Translations under genes and position numbers: made by a program
Shown here: in pieces, positions 47,140-57,466 of the stretch
Layout: every line of letters begins with the position of its first letter
Position numbering within the stretch: position 1 is the stretch's first letter
The notes under the pieces: generated by a model
What the model was told of the DNA's origin: nothing
Databases searched by the model: none
The model's input: the letters and a program-made list of their open reading frames with translations, nothing else
Source: a virus
Taxonomy: Duplodnaviria; Heunggongvirae; Uroviricota; Caudoviricetes
Virus record (IMG/VR): IMGVR_UViG_3300042486_001111
Reading direction: 5' to 3' (one strand)
Length of the DNA: 64,000 nucleotides

Positions 47140-48705
47140 TTACCACCAAGTACCTCCACCTGATAATCCTAATTGTTTTGCATATCTCGGTAATCTACAA
47201 CTCCAATAACCAGCACTACATTTATCATTTTTCTGTGGACAATTGTGTCTATCTGAAAACGCCTTTTTAGCCTTAGGGTCTCTAAGTTTTACTGACAAAT
47301 TTGATCCACCAGATTTTGCCCCAAAGGAAACTTTTCTAACCTTACCATTACACATCACATAAACATAAAACTTTTTACTACCACCTCTTTTAGGTTTACT
47401 CAACTCAACTGTCTTACCTTTATATTCTGCCTCATTTATTTCCATATACTCATTTGGTATGTCCAACCAAACCTTTCTACCCTCATAGATACCTTGTTTA
47501 CCAATATCGGTTCTTATAATCTCCTCATCATTAAATGATAAATCAATTTTACCGTTTGTATATAATTCTCTAACTTCGTTTATTAAGTTAAAGAAAGATT
47601 CACTACCATATCTATAAACTGATTCAGTTAATGGTATTTCATTATCTATATGATATCTTAAACCTTCACTAATGATAGTCCTGTTTTCAGTAATTAACAT
47701 TCTATCGTAGTTTAATGATTCATTCTTTTTAGGTTTATAGTTTTTAACTTTAATAGGACTTGGTGATTGTCCTTTTCCTGATTTACCATCATTTTTTTCT
47801 TTTTCTCTCTTACGTCTACACGCAGAATCTTTAGCCTCCTGACTCATATTCGCAGCAACACTCTTTGCCCTACAAACTGGATATCCACCTTTATCGGAAT
47901 CACTTCTACCACACTCAGGATGTCCACCACCTTCTTTTTTTCTACATATGTTAACCCAAGGTCCTTGTGGTTGTTTAGTACCTTTACCCTTTTTTTTAGT
48001 ACCAAACCAAACTGCCAAATCTTCATCTAATCTTTCCGCAACTTCTATATCGTCAAAATTATATGATTCATTTCTTTTACCACTGCAGTAACTTCCACTA
48101 CATCTTTTTTGACCATCCAATCCTTTAATCTTACCTTTACATACCTGAACTGCATAACCATTAGCGTATGCAGAAGGATAAACATCGTATTTAGATTTTG
48201 CAGCACTTACACCTCTAGCACACAATGTATTTTTCTTTTTCTTTTTACCTTCATTAATTTCTTCAGTACTTTCTTCACTACCCAATTCTTTATGACTACT
48301 AGGCATTATAGATATACCGTATTTATTTAAAACCTTTTCCAACAATAGTGGTATTGCCATTGATACTGCTCCCATACCCATAACCGCAACTATCTTTACA
48401 ATATCTTTAGACTGTGCCTTCAATAGTTTTATTTCATTTTCAGTTACTTCTTTACCACTTACAAGTTTTTGTAATACTTTAAGTAACTCAATTGTTTCAC
48501 CCTTTTCTCTTTTCGCCACACTAACAAAAGTTTTCCAAGAATTTTTTAATTCATCACTTTTATCATTAACATACGATTTCATTTTTTTACCGAATTCATT
48601 AACCACTTTAGGTTCTTCATCCGCAAATAAACCAGTGGACTTACCATCATGTCTCATTTCTGATAGTAATCTTTTATATTGACTTACGTTTAATTTTATC
48701 TTCAT
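47140..48705 (-). CDS. leader family D protein (521 aa; MKIKLNVSQYKRLLSE...) with internal TM segment and Lys/Cys-rich region
   Basis: Leader; VAVMGMGAVSMAIPLLL; long basic low-complexity stretch. Confidence 0.55.
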   Translation of the reverse strand: MKIKLNVSQYKRLLSEMRHDGKSTGLFADEEPKVVNEFGKKMKSYVNDKSDELKNSWKTFVSVAKREKGETIELLKVLQKLVSGKEVTENEIKLLKAQSKDIVKIVAVMGMGAVSMAIPLLLEKVLNKYGISIMPSSHKELGSEESTEEINEGKKKKKNTLCARGVSAAKSKYDVYPSAYANGYAVQVCKGKIKGLDGQKRCSGSYCSGKRNESYNFDDIEVAERLDEDLAVWFGTKKKGKGTKQPQGPWVNICRKKEGGGHPECGRSDSDKGGYPVCRAKSVAANMSQEAKDSACRRKREKEKNDGKSGKGQSPSPIKVKNYKPKKNESLNYDRMLITENRTIISEGLRYHIDNEIPLTESVYRYGSESFFNLINEVRELYTNGKIDLSFNDEEIIRTDIGKQGIYEGRKVWLDIPNEYMEINEAEYKGKTVELSKPKRGGSKKFYVYVMCNGKVRKVSFGAKSGGSNLSVKLRDPKAKKAFSDRHNCPQKNDKCSAGYWSCRLPRYAKQLGLSGGGTWW

Positions 48706-48717
48706 TTTTTTATATAT

Positions 48718-49800
48718 TTAATCTGTTCTATAAATATAATAAGTTACCCCATTATAATATTCTTCATTTTCACTACCATCATAACCAGATAAAGTATTAC
48801 CTCTGTCTTCATTTTCTGCGAGATATCTCTCTAAACCAGACTCATCGAATGTACAATAATATTCTACTGCCTCCTTAAAACTTAACCCTAAATTATTTAC
48901 AAAATAATCTACACCATCATTATCAATTTCACTAATTATCTCACTCACCATTGTGTCACGTAACTCTTCTCTCGCAGTGTCAAATAGTTCTCTTAACTCA
49001 TCTCCCAATCCTTCATATGTAGTTTGTTTATCCGAAAGTTCTATTTCTAAGTCATTAATCTCTTCTTTCAATTCTTCATATTCTTCAGTACCAAAAAAAT
49101 CTTCATCGTCATCTAACCTCTCTTCTAATTCACTTTCTTTTTCTTCTAAAAGGTTATTTAACTCATCAATTCTTTCCTCTAATATTACCATCCTTTCTTC
49201 ATACTCTTCTCTACTGTCATATCCTGCCTCTGATATTACATCTTCTTCAGTCATATCATCGAGCCTATAATCTGCAGTTTCTTCTGCGTATTGATCAACA
49301 CTATATTGGTCTAACTCTATAAAGTCATCAACGGTATATCTATCTATATTATCTACCCCACCAACTTCATCAACATACCCATCAAAATAGTCTTCCATCG
49401 CACTACTAACCTCATCGTCATCACCTACCGCATAAACCTCATCTGAAGTTAAATCCCTATAAGTATCTAAACCATGATGACTACCTTCGTGTTCTATTAA
49501 AATCGGTGGTATATCTAAAAACATTGACAAAGCAACTAATTCATTATTATATGAAGAAGTATCGTTCACACCTTCTAAATCTGCATCAGTTAAATTATCG
49601 TAATTACCTAATTCATCATAATGATTAGTATAAAGATGTAATATTTCTATTTTAGTATCTGTATCATCTATCGATAATTCATTAGATAGTATATCCCAAA
49701 CTACGCTGGCATCCTCACCTTCACCCAACTTTTTATTAAGTAACTTTAAAACCCTTTTATAAAAGGGAGTTATTTCATTTTCTAATATTAATCTTCTCAT
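48718..49800 (-). CDS. acidic coiled-coil protein (360 aa)
   Basis: Intact ORF. Confidence 0.5.
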   Translation of the reverse strand: MRRLILENEITPFYKRVLKLLNKKLGEGEDASVVWDILSNELSIDDTDTKIEILHLYTNHYDELGNYDNLTDADLEGVNDTSSYNNELVALSMFLDIPPILIEHEGSHHGLDTYRDLTSDEVYAVGDDDEVSSAMEDYFDGYVDEVGGVDNIDRYTVDDFIELDQYSVDQYAEETADYRLDDMTEEDVISEAGYDSREEYEERMVILEERIDELNNLLEEKESELEERLDDDEDFFGTEEYEELKEEINDLEIELSDKQTTYEGLGDELRELFDTAREELRDTMVSEIISEIDNDGVDYFVNNLGLSFKEAVEYYCTFDESGLERYLAENEDRGNTLSGYDGSENEEYYNGVTYYIYRTD

Positions 49801-50616
49801 CTAATAATCTATTTTAATCATATAATATGTACCATCATTGTCATAACCACCACCATACTTATAAACTTGCCCATAATCACTAAGTTGATCGAAATGAACG
49901 TGTTTTGATTCGTCATCAATAAATTCATCCCAATCGAATTTAAAATAAGGTGGTATTTCATTTATAACAATTCTACCCTTTTCATTAACTTCTATAAACT
50001 CATTTTCTAATAAATATTCGAAAATATCCATTTCTTTAGGTATTATATCTTTATCTTCAACATAAAGGTAACCTATGTAATTTTCTATACCAATACTTTG
50101 TATAATTTCATTTCTATCCCAATAACGATCTTTAAGAAATTCCTTTGTTGCGTCAACCATTTGATGGAAATCCCCAAAACAAAAGAAATTTTCTTCTTCA
50201 TAAACATAATATATAGGCAAACCATAATATAATGAAGATTCTTTACTAATTAAAAATGGTGATGTTCTAAAATATTTAGATAAGATAATAACTTCATCGG
50301 AAAACATAGACTCCAATTCACTTTCACTTATTTTTACTAATGAATCAACATTTTCATAGTTACCTTCAGTATTGTACTCTACTATGAAAGTGTAAAATAT
50401 ATTCATCATATCAGAATATTCTGTCGTTATGAATTCTTTGATGAAATCAAATAATGGTATATATACAGAATCTACCTTTACCATAGACCCATCAAACGGG
50501 TACAATGAATTAGGTTTTTTTTCTAATTTATCTATAAAACGTCTCTGAATTGTATTGAGTACTCTCCTAATTCCGTTTCTATCTAACTCCTCACTTAATA
50601 TTTCACTAAATTTCAT
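49801..50616 (-). CDS. hypothetical protein (271 aa)
   Basis: Intact ORF abutting the downstream gene. Confidence 0.5.
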   Translation of the reverse strand: MKFSEILSEELDRNGIRRVLNTIQRRFIDKLEKKPNSLYPFDGSMVKVDSVYIPLFDFIKEFITTEYSDMMNIFYTFIVEYNTEGNYENVDSLVKISESELESMFSDEVIILSKYFRTSPFLISKESSLYYGLPIYYVYEEENFFCFGDFHQMVDATKEFLKDRYWDRNEIIQSIGIENYIGYLYVEDKDIIPKEMDIFEYLLENEFIEVNEKGRIVINEIPPYFKFDWDEFIDDESKHVHFDQLSDYGQVYKYGGGYDNDGTYYMIKIDY

Positions 50617-50690
50617 TATTAACCTTTACATTTTACTAATAAATATTAATTTTTGAGTAAATAACCATATTTAATAATAAAAATAAATAA

Positions 50691-50879
50691 ATGTTAATAG
50701 TACAAATTAAAAACGGTAACATCGAAAGAGGTTTAAAGGAGTTGAAAGGTAAATTCGTAAAAACCAAAATTGTGAAAGAATGTAAAGACAGAGAGGAATA
50801 TTTAAAAGAATCTGTCAGAAAAAGAGAAGAGAAAATTAAGGCAATATATAATCAGAAAAAAAAAGAACAAAACAATTAA
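50691..50879 (+). CDS. rpsU: ribosomal protein bS21-like
   Basis: MLIVQIKNGNIERGLKELKGKFVKTKIVKECKDREEYLKESVRKREEKIKA follows the S21 pattern (MxxVxVxxxExxxxALxxFKxxxxxxGxxxExRxRxxYxKPS..RK). Very basic, 62 aa. Confidence 0.55.
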   Translation: MLIVQIKNGNIERGLKELKGKFVKTKIVKECKDREEYLKESVRKREEKIKAIYNQKKKEQNN

Positions 50880-50880
50880 C

Positions 50881-51378
50881 ATGAATGAAGAAGTTTTATC
50901 GTTATTAAACGAACAAATATGGTTAGAGAATACGGCATCGTATTTTTACCTAAACCTATCTAAAAAATTTAGTGAAAATCATTATTACGGTATATCTAAA
51001 TTTTTCCTAAATCAATCAAATGAAGAAAGAGAACATATGGTTAAATTGTTTGAGTATGTTTTAGAACAAGAAGGAAATCCAATAGTACCAAATTATAACT
51101 ATATGGATGACGAAGAATTAGAATTTAATATCCTCTATCTTTTTCAGATGTCATTATCCAACGAAAGAAAGGTTACTAATTCAATTAATAAGATTATTAG
51201 TAAATGTAAAGAAGTTGGTGATTACACAACAGAAAACTTCTTACAGTGGTTTGTTACTGAACAAAGAGAAGAAGAAAATAAATTTAAAGAGATTATTGAC
51301 AACTTAAAGATTGTCGGTAACGATAAGGTTGGATTGTATGAGATAAACAAATCATTAAACGTTTCTAAAACAATCTAA
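50881..51378 (+). CDS. ftn: ferritin (non-haem, FtnA-like)
   Basis: LNEQIWLENTASYFYL...EEREHMVKLFEYV...ENFLQWFVTEQREEENKFKEIIDNLKIVGNDKVGLYEINKSL closely parallels bacterial FtnA. Confidence 0.8.
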   Translation: MNEEVLSLLNEQIWLENTASYFYLNLSKKFSENHYYGISKFFLNQSNEEREHMVKLFEYVLEQEGNPIVPNYNYMDDEELEFNILYLFQMSLSNERKVTNSINKIISKCKEVGDYTTENFLQWFVTEQREEENKFKEIIDNLKIVGNDKVGLYEINKSLNVSKTI

Positions 51379-51407
51379 GAAATTTTAACATATATATAGA
51401 TAGTTTC

Positions 51408-51451
51408 AAGGGATTCTACGAATTTAATTTCACCTAAGAATCCCTTTTTTA
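51408..51451 (+). terminator. strong intrinsic terminator (aagggattct ... agaatccctt 10-bp hairpin + T6)
   Basis: Ends the plus-strand rpsU-ftn island. Confidence 0.6.
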
Positions 51452-51629
51452 TTGCTAAAAATTTGTAGATGTCATATATTCGATCAAAATTTGACATAAG
51501 TTCTTCTTCTTTGGTTTTACCAAGATAGAATAGGACACACCCCTTATTTTCCTTTGTTCCCATCTCCCCATATTTTAATAATAAATATCTGGGAGAATGG
51601 GAATATTGTTATATTTTATACATAAATTT

Positions 51630-53696
51630 CTAAGCCCTGTGATCAGGATATTCGTACCCATACCCATCTACCTCATTATCACGTACTTCATTATCAGGAC
51701 CTATATTTGGTAAAAGTGCCTCCAGTTCCATTCTAATATTTCTATTGTGTGGGTAATACTCTTCATTTTGATTATGTGCCCTTCTAAGAAATCCATTGTC
51801 ATCTCGTACCATATGTACTACTGGCACTTGTTCCTGTTCCATTATAGGTTCATCCATTGGTACTGGTTCTTCAAACCCCTCAAATTCATCTATCATCCCC
51901 AAACCAAACGACTGTCTATTTTTTGAGGTGTCTTCATCTTTTACATTAACGAGAATACCTCTATTCAACATATCAATAGTTATGAAATTATTAATCTTAC
52001 TTTCATAAGTTTTTCTCAAATGTATCATATTGACATAGTTTGTAAAAATAGTAGAAATAATTCTGTGATACTCACTACTCACTCTATTACAATATGATAA
52101 TAATTGTACTTCTTTATAAACTGAGTCTTCGACTAACCTTAGTTCTAAACCTGACATATTGTTCGGTGTTATAATTACAAATAGTTTAGTATCACCCTTT
52201 ATAATTTTATCTTTATAATTTTGTCCAGGATTGTTCATACAATTTTTTAGTTTTTTACCCGCCCATTGTAAATCTAACTCAGTACTCAACTCTTTTATTT
52301 TTACACCTTCAGGTAAAGTTAAATCACTAAAATCTAATGGTTCATAAAGGTTGACGCAGAATTTCTCTTTATCTTTCCTAATACCCTCAACAATACTTTC
52401 ATATGTAACTTTATAAAATTTATTAACGGTAGTTAAGTATCCTGATACTAATTCTGAAACCCACTCACCTTCGTTGTTATAAACCCGTTTAATCTCTCTA
52501 CTTAAATTTAATGATTCTTGTAGGTTTAATCTATTCTTTGCGATATATGGTACTACCCATCTATCCTTATCCATAAAAGATTCTAATTCTTTAACGTGTG
52601 AAGAATCGAAATCACAGTTGTAGAAATTATTATCCACCAAAGAGATAACCTTACATAGGTAGTAATCACCCATAACAACTTTCTCCGCCTTAGACTTTAA
52701 CTTTTTATTAGTTTTACCCTTAACTATGTTATATGCGTTCATGAATGTTAAAGGGTTGAAACTGATACCGAATAAAACTTTTCTGATCTCAGGATCTACA
52801 TCAACATATTTTTTGGGTGTAAGTGTCCACATTATATCATTGTTTTTAGCCCAATTACTTAATACCTCTGTTGGTATATTCGCATTTGGGTTCAACCAAT
52901 TTGCCACATGATTAGAGTTATCAACCTGACTAACACCATTTCTTAAATTCCACATACTCTTCTTATGATCGAAGAATTTAGTTAATTTAAAATATTCTCT
53001 TATTTTATTGTAATATGTGAAATACATTTCTTTATACTTTGTACTAAAATATAAACCAAAATGTCTAGGACTTAAATTGATTATGTTTTCCATTAATAAC
53101 GGTTGAGATAACAGATTCATTGACTCCTCAACATTACAATAACATTTAAGTTCATCTAATTTTTTAAACAATCTAATGGCAGTGTGTGCTGGCGTATAAA
53201 TTGCAGTAACCTCTAACTGTTTGTTATTAAGGAAATTCTCAAAAGATTCTGTATAACACATAGTGTTATTATCTAAATCAATCCCAACTTGACAACAATT
53301 AAAATCGAATCCGTTAAGGATATATGAATAACCAACATTTTGTCGAGCCGAATGTATAAATATCGTATTCAAAAACCCTTCTCTTTCCACAGACGCTATT
53401 TGATAGTTACTTCCGTGATCGTAGGATAATTTAGTAACCATATAACCATCACCCTCAATGATTAATTTATTTGATCTCAATGGTGTAGTTACGGTACGGA
53501 ATAACATATTATCAGTATCGTCAATAAAAATATCTAAGTCATTAATAGGGTATTCTCCGTCCCACACATAACCCATTAGTGTATTCGCAACTGCCCCACC
53601 AGATAAAAATCCTTTATTGGGTATCTCACCGTACTTAGATAAATCATTAAGGATTCTATCTACAATGTTTTTTTCTTTTAAGATGTCACTATTCAT
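51630..53696 (-). CDS. large hypothetical protein (688 aa)
   Basis: Intact long ORF. Confidence 0.5.
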   Translation of the reverse strand: MNSDILKEKNIVDRILNDLSKYGEIPNKGFLSGGAVANTLMGYVWDGEYPINDLDIFIDDTDNMLFRTVTTPLRSNKLIIEGDGYMVTKLSYDHGSNYQIASVEREGFLNTIFIHSARQNVGYSYILNGFDFNCCQVGIDLDNNTMCYTESFENFLNNKQLEVTAIYTPAHTAIRLFKKLDELKCYCNVEESMNLLSQPLLMENIINLSPRHFGLYFSTKYKEMYFTYYNKIREYFKLTKFFDHKKSMWNLRNGVSQVDNSNHVANWLNPNANIPTEVLSNWAKNNDIMWTLTPKKYVDVDPEIRKVLFGISFNPLTFMNAYNIVKGKTNKKLKSKAEKVVMGDYYLCKVISLVDNNFYNCDFDSSHVKELESFMDKDRWVVPYIAKNRLNLQESLNLSREIKRVYNNEGEWVSELVSGYLTTVNKFYKVTYESIVEGIRKDKEKFCVNLYEPLDFSDLTLPEGVKIKELSTELDLQWAGKKLKNCMNNPGQNYKDKIIKGDTKLFVIITPNNMSGLELRLVEDSVYKEVQLLSYCNRVSSEYHRIISTIFTNYVNMIHLRKTYESKINNFITIDMLNRGILVNVKDEDTSKNRQSFGLGMIDEFEGFEEPVPMDEPIMEQEQVPVVHMVRDDNGFLRRAHNQNEEYYPHNRNIRMELEALLPNIGPDNEVRDNEVDGYGYEYPDHRA

Positions 53697-53697
53697 A

Positions 53698-53883
53698 TTA
53701 TTTATTTTTATAGTTTTTATAAAGGAAATAAGATGGTATTACTATACCTAAGAATACAATTATATAAAAAATTATTGGGAAAATCAAAAGTATTGCAACA
53801 ATACTAAAAAAAACTAAAACTGCAATTAAAACAAATGTTCTAATTTGACTTCTATCCAATTCGTCAAAATCAAAATTAAACAT
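53698..53883 (-). CDS. small membrane protein (61 aa)
   Basis: Hydrophobic LIAVLVFFSIVAILLIFPIIFYIIVFLGIVI. Confidence 0.4.
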   Translation of the reverse strand: MFNFDFDELDRSQIRTFVLIAVLVFFSIVAILLIFPIIFYIIVFLGIVIPSYFLYKNYKNK

Positions 53884-53887
53884 AATA

Positions 53888-54898
53888 TTAATAATTAGTA
53901 TAATAGTCTCTTAGGTACTTTGAAACTTCTTCGTAAATATCTTTCTCACCAATACCACCAATAAACATAGTTATAACCATTTCACTGACTTCTGCACCCA
54001 TCTCATCAAACTCATCTTTAAAAACATCGTCATCGAAGTCACCAAATTTATCGTAATCTACATTACTGTAATACCCATTACCATAACTTTCATTTAATAT
54101 AGGTTTAACCTCAACTTTTTTATGGATATATTTTTTGCTACTTAATTTAGAAATAAGGTTTACACCTGCAACCAAAGAATCCTCAACCTCACTAATCACT
54201 ACAAATTCCAAATCACTGTGTTGTCTGTAATAACCACAACCTAAATTCAAACAGTTAAAGTCATATTTCTTAGCCAATTGATTAACATCGGTAAATGGGT
54301 CAATACTAAATTTATGGTAACCCGATTCATTTAAGACACCTTTAATCTCAGTTTTAAAGTCTTCATCGAATAATTTAACACCACTACATACTTCCGTTAT
54401 CCAGTTTGATGATGGTGCGTCGAATTGGATTGCATATCCCACATTCTCAAAGAATCTATCATCAGATTCCTTAGAACCTAACATCCCTATTTCTTCCTCA
54501 ACAAAAAAGGCACCCTTTAATTTATCAAAGTTGTTGAATAACTCTAAACAAACATAGACACCACATTTATCATCACCACCAATACCAGTTTGTTTATCCG
54601 TTTCTGGGTGATGTGCAGTTAACACACCTAGATTATCTTCTTTAATGGTTAACCTAACTTTATTTTCAATTAGATTTCTATGTGTTCTATGTACGGTGTC
54701 CATATGGGAAACGACACAAGGAAAATATTCGTCCGTAGAATCTAACATACCCTTAGTGAGATAGAGATTACCTTTTTTATCGGTGTAATACTCTATGCCG
54801 TTAGTTTTTGCAAACTCTATAATGTAATCTCTAACCATACTTTCATCACCAGATATTGATGGTAGGGACAAAACTTCTTTCAAAAAATCTAAATTCAT
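53888..54898 (-). CDS. M42/M20-family co-catalytic metallopeptidase (aminopeptidase/deacylase-like)
   Basis: VVSHMDTV...GGDDKCG...EEEIG metal-ligand pattern. Confidence 0.6.
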   Translation of the reverse strand: MNLDFLKEVLSLPSISGDESMVRDYIIEFAKTNGIEYYTDKKGNLYLTKGMLDSTDEYFPCVVSHMDTVHRTHRNLIENKVRLTIKEDNLGVLTAHHPETDKQTGIGGDDKCGVYVCLELFNNFDKLKGAFFVEEEIGMLGSKESDDRFFENVGYAIQFDAPSSNWITEVCSGVKLFDEDFKTEIKGVLNESGYHKFSIDPFTDVNQLAKKYDFNCLNLGCGYYRQHSDLEFVVISEVEDSLVAGVNLISKLSSKKYIHKKVEVKPILNESYGNGYYSNVDYDKFGDFDDDVFKDEFDEMGAEVSEMVITMFIGGIGEKDIYEEVSKYLRDYYTNY

Positions 54899-55026
54899 AT
54901 GTTATATTTTCTACAAATATAGGCAATGTTTCGCAAACTACCAAATTTTTAGTGTGAAATATTTACAATTAAAAAAAATAGATGATATTTATATTAAAAT
55001 AATACTATAAAAAACATTAGAAATTA

Positions 55027-55131
55027 TGGGATGCGGATGTAAAAACAAAAAACCAGTTGCTAAACCAGCAGCACAAAGTAGTAATCAAACCACTACACAA
55101 CAAACCACACAAAACAATAACGGTAAATAAC
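55027..55131 (+). CDS. possible 34-aa peptide MGCGCKNKKPVAKPAAQSSNQTTTQQTTQNNNGK
   Basis: The only ORF in a 240-bp gap; low-complexity Thr/Gln tail; speculative. Confidence 0.2.
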
Positions 55132-55137
55132 GTTTAA

Positions 55138-55560
55138 TTACGTTAATTGATTTGCGGGCCCTCTAGTCGGACTTACACCCCACGGTGTACTATCTATAGG
55201 GTTCGCAGGTCCTCTACCAACATCGGTAAGTGGCCAAACTGTAGAAGATCCACCTGCAGGTGCATCTCCACCAGCCGCATCTTCTTCGTCTAATATCTCT
55301 TCAGTATAATCATCTACACCGATACCATATTCGGTAACAACGAAACCATACCCACCTTCTTTATCGTAATAACCTAAGTATATACCTTTATCATCGTAGG
55401 CAATAGTTTCATATTCCTTACTATCAAAACTTAACCTTTTAGGATCATTACCTACCCACTTAAGTATCATTCTATACCATTTCTTAGGATCACTTACGGT
55501 TTCACCAAATTCTCTTAGTAAAACTTTTTTATATTGACTTTCAGTTATTATTATTTTCAT
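55138..55560 (-). CDS. leader family D protein (MKIIITESQYKKVLL...)
   Basis: Start set at the conserved leader Met. Confidence 0.55.
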   Translation of the reverse strand: MKIIITESQYKKVLLREFGETVSDPKKWYRMILKWVGNDPKRLSFDSKEYETIAYDDKGIYLGYYDKEGGYGFVVTEYGIGVDDYTEEILDEEDAAGGDAPAGGSSTVWPLTDVGRGPANPIDSTPWGVSPTRGPANQLT

Positions 55561-56129
55561 ATTTTTAAATTTACTCTCCAATCAACCTCATCTTCATCAC
55601 TCCAATCCACATCTCTAAAATTATCTAATGTCATCTCCTCCATTATTTCTCCATCATCAGGTAAATCAAAATCTAATTCAGGATTCATAAAATCTAAAGA
55701 ATTCGTATCTAAATACATTCTTTCATAAGTACCATTTTCTACCTTATTTATTGCATCTTCTTTTGAATTGGCAGTAACTTCAACAAATCCATCTATATAT
55801 GTCCTACAAGATACTACTGTTGGCATATTAACTGCAATTTTATATGTACCTACAAATTCTATTGGTTCCCCAATTAGACTATCATATTCTGTGATAGGTA
55901 ATGGTCGGAATTTATTTTTATAGTTATATAAAAGGATATTAGTTTCATGATCAGACAAACCTAAATCCCCTTTAATTATTTTTTTCATTCCCTCGTCAGA
56001 TAAGTTTTTCTTACCTAATAATTTAAATACCCTAACCATATATTGTTGGAAGGTGTCCCCTAACCTACCGTAGTTTTTATCTTCAGTAAGTAATCTGTTG
56101 TATTGTGTTTCGGTTAATTTTATTTTCAT
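55557..56129 (-). CDS. leader family D protein (MKIKLTETQYNRLLTE...)
   Basis: Conserved leader; ATGA overlap with the previous gene. Confidence 0.55.
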   Translation of the reverse strand: MKIKLTETQYNRLLTEDKNYGRLGDTFQQYMVRVFKLLGKKNLSDEGMKKIIKGDLGLSDHETNILLYNYKNKFRPLPITEYDSLIGEPIEFVGTYKIAVNMPTVVSCRTYIDGFVEVTANSKEDAINKVENGTYERMYLDTNSLDFMNPELDFDLPDDGEIMEEMTLDNFRDVDWSDEDEVDWRVNLKI

Positions 56130-56131
56130 AA

Positions 56132-56746
56132 TTACCCATTAAAGTATATACTATCTAAATCAAAATCTATTTCACTTAGATTCTCATAGTCCCAATCATA
56201 ATTTCTCTCCCAATGTATGTCTCGATCATCATAATCGATTTCACCATTTTCATAATCTATCTCAACATCCCCACCATCTATCTTTTCTTGAAAATTTTCA
56301 TAACTAGATGCGTATGCAGATATACTACCACTACCGTAACCAGTTAAATATCCTGTCCAACTTACTGAATGTGGGAGATTCATTTTACCGTAATATTCTA
56401 AAGGTATTCCCACCAAAGATTTCCAATCATCAGTATTATTAATATTTTCCCATATAACAGTACTATAATTATGTGTTAGTAATATAACTTCATCGTTTTC
56501 ATATCCAGTCAAAGTTCTTAACTCTTCCGCAATCTTTCTGAATGATTGGGACTCTATAGGATTTTTCATTCTGAGGTAATCACCACTAGGTTCAAAGTTT
56601 TTATTTTTTAATACTATGAATATTTTTGCAATAACAGGTGTAACTTTATTATCAATATTGGTAAAATCAACGTCACCACTCAAAAATTCTTTATCATTTT
56701 CTTTAAGTAGTCTTTTATATTGATTCTCTGTTAACCTAATTTTCAT
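56132..56746 (-). CDS. leader family D protein (MKIRLTENQYKRLLKE...)
   Basis: Start set at the conserved leader Met. Confidence 0.55.
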   Translation of the reverse strand: MKIRLTENQYKRLLKENDKEFLSGDVDFTNIDNKVTPVIAKIFIVLKNKNFEPSGDYLRMKNPIESQSFRKIAEELRTLTGYENDEVILLTHNYSTVIWENINNTDDWKSLVGIPLEYYGKMNLPHSVSWTGYLTGYGSGSISAYASSYENFQEKIDGGDVEIDYENGEIDYDDRDIHWERNYDWDYENLSEIDFDLDSIYFNG

Positions 56747-56747
56747 T

Positions 56748-57062
56748 TTAATTACCTTCTTCTTCTTCTTTTTTATTGTCTTTTCTATGAGTACCAATAG
56801 TTTTAATAACCCCTAAGAATTTACCACCGAAGGTATATCCTGCAAAAAGAACCATTGCATATTCAAGTGCATCAATAATAATTTTAAATTTTTCAATATC
56901 TAACTGAGTAGTTTTATTCATACCAGCAACCAATAATACACCTAATGTAACATAGTAAGCAATAATCGCCCATAACAGATATATTCTACTTTGAGAATAT
57001 ATTCCTTTTTCTGTTAGAATATCTTTAAAGATTTTCATAATTTTTTGTATTAATTTTCTCAC
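56748..57062 (-). CDS. 2-TM membrane protein (104 aa)
   Basis: LLWAIIAYYVTLGVLLVAGM and AMVLFAGYTFGG. Confidence 0.45.
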   Translation of the reverse strand: MRKLIQKIMKIFKDILTEKGIYSQSRIYLLWAIIAYYVTLGVLLVAGMNKTTQLDIEKFKIIIDALEYAMVLFAGYTFGGKFLGVIKTIGTHRKDNKKEEEEGN

Positions 57063-57108
57063 ACAAAAAAACTTTATTATTGTTATTATCTATAAATATT
57101 CTATAAAA

Positions 57109-57134
57109 TAAAAAAACCCACATCAGTGGGTTTT
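57109..57134. terminator. bidirectional intrinsic terminator (cccac-atca-gtggg + T-run)
   Basis: aaaaaaacccacatcagtgggtttt. Confidence 0.55.
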
Positions 57135-57137
57135 ATT

Positions 57138-57428
57138 TTAAAGTACTTCTTTTATTCTATCTGTTAACATTTGTTCATTAAGTACACCACTATTTCTCCA
57201 TATTGGTTTACCTTCTTTAAATAATACTAATGTTGGTATACTTCTTATTTGGTATTTAACTGCCAATTCCCTTTCCTCGTCAACATTAACTTTAACAACC
57301 TCTAAGTTTTCATTTTTACTTTTCACTTGTTCTATCACTGGGTTCATCATTTTACATGGACCACACCAAGCCGCCCAAAAATCAACCAAAACTGGTTTAT
57401 CGGATTTTAAAATTTCATCTAAATTCAT
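57138..57428 (-). CDS. trxA: thioredoxin
   Basis: VLVDFWAAWCGPCKM active site; 96 aa. Confidence 0.85.
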   Translation of the reverse strand: MNLDEILKSDKPVLVDFWAAWCGPCKMMNPVIEQVKSKNENLEVVKVNVDEERELAVKYQIRSIPTLVLFKEGKPIWRNSGVLNEQMLTDRIKEVL

Positions 57429-57466
57429 TTTTTTTATTTTTTATCTTTTTATTATTATATAAATAT

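Noticed and set aside
51375-51563. 62-aa minus-strand ORF downstream of the ferritin gene
   Set aside because: It contains the 10-bp-stem terminator hairpin of the plus-strand island and has no promoter or leader features. Likely spurious.
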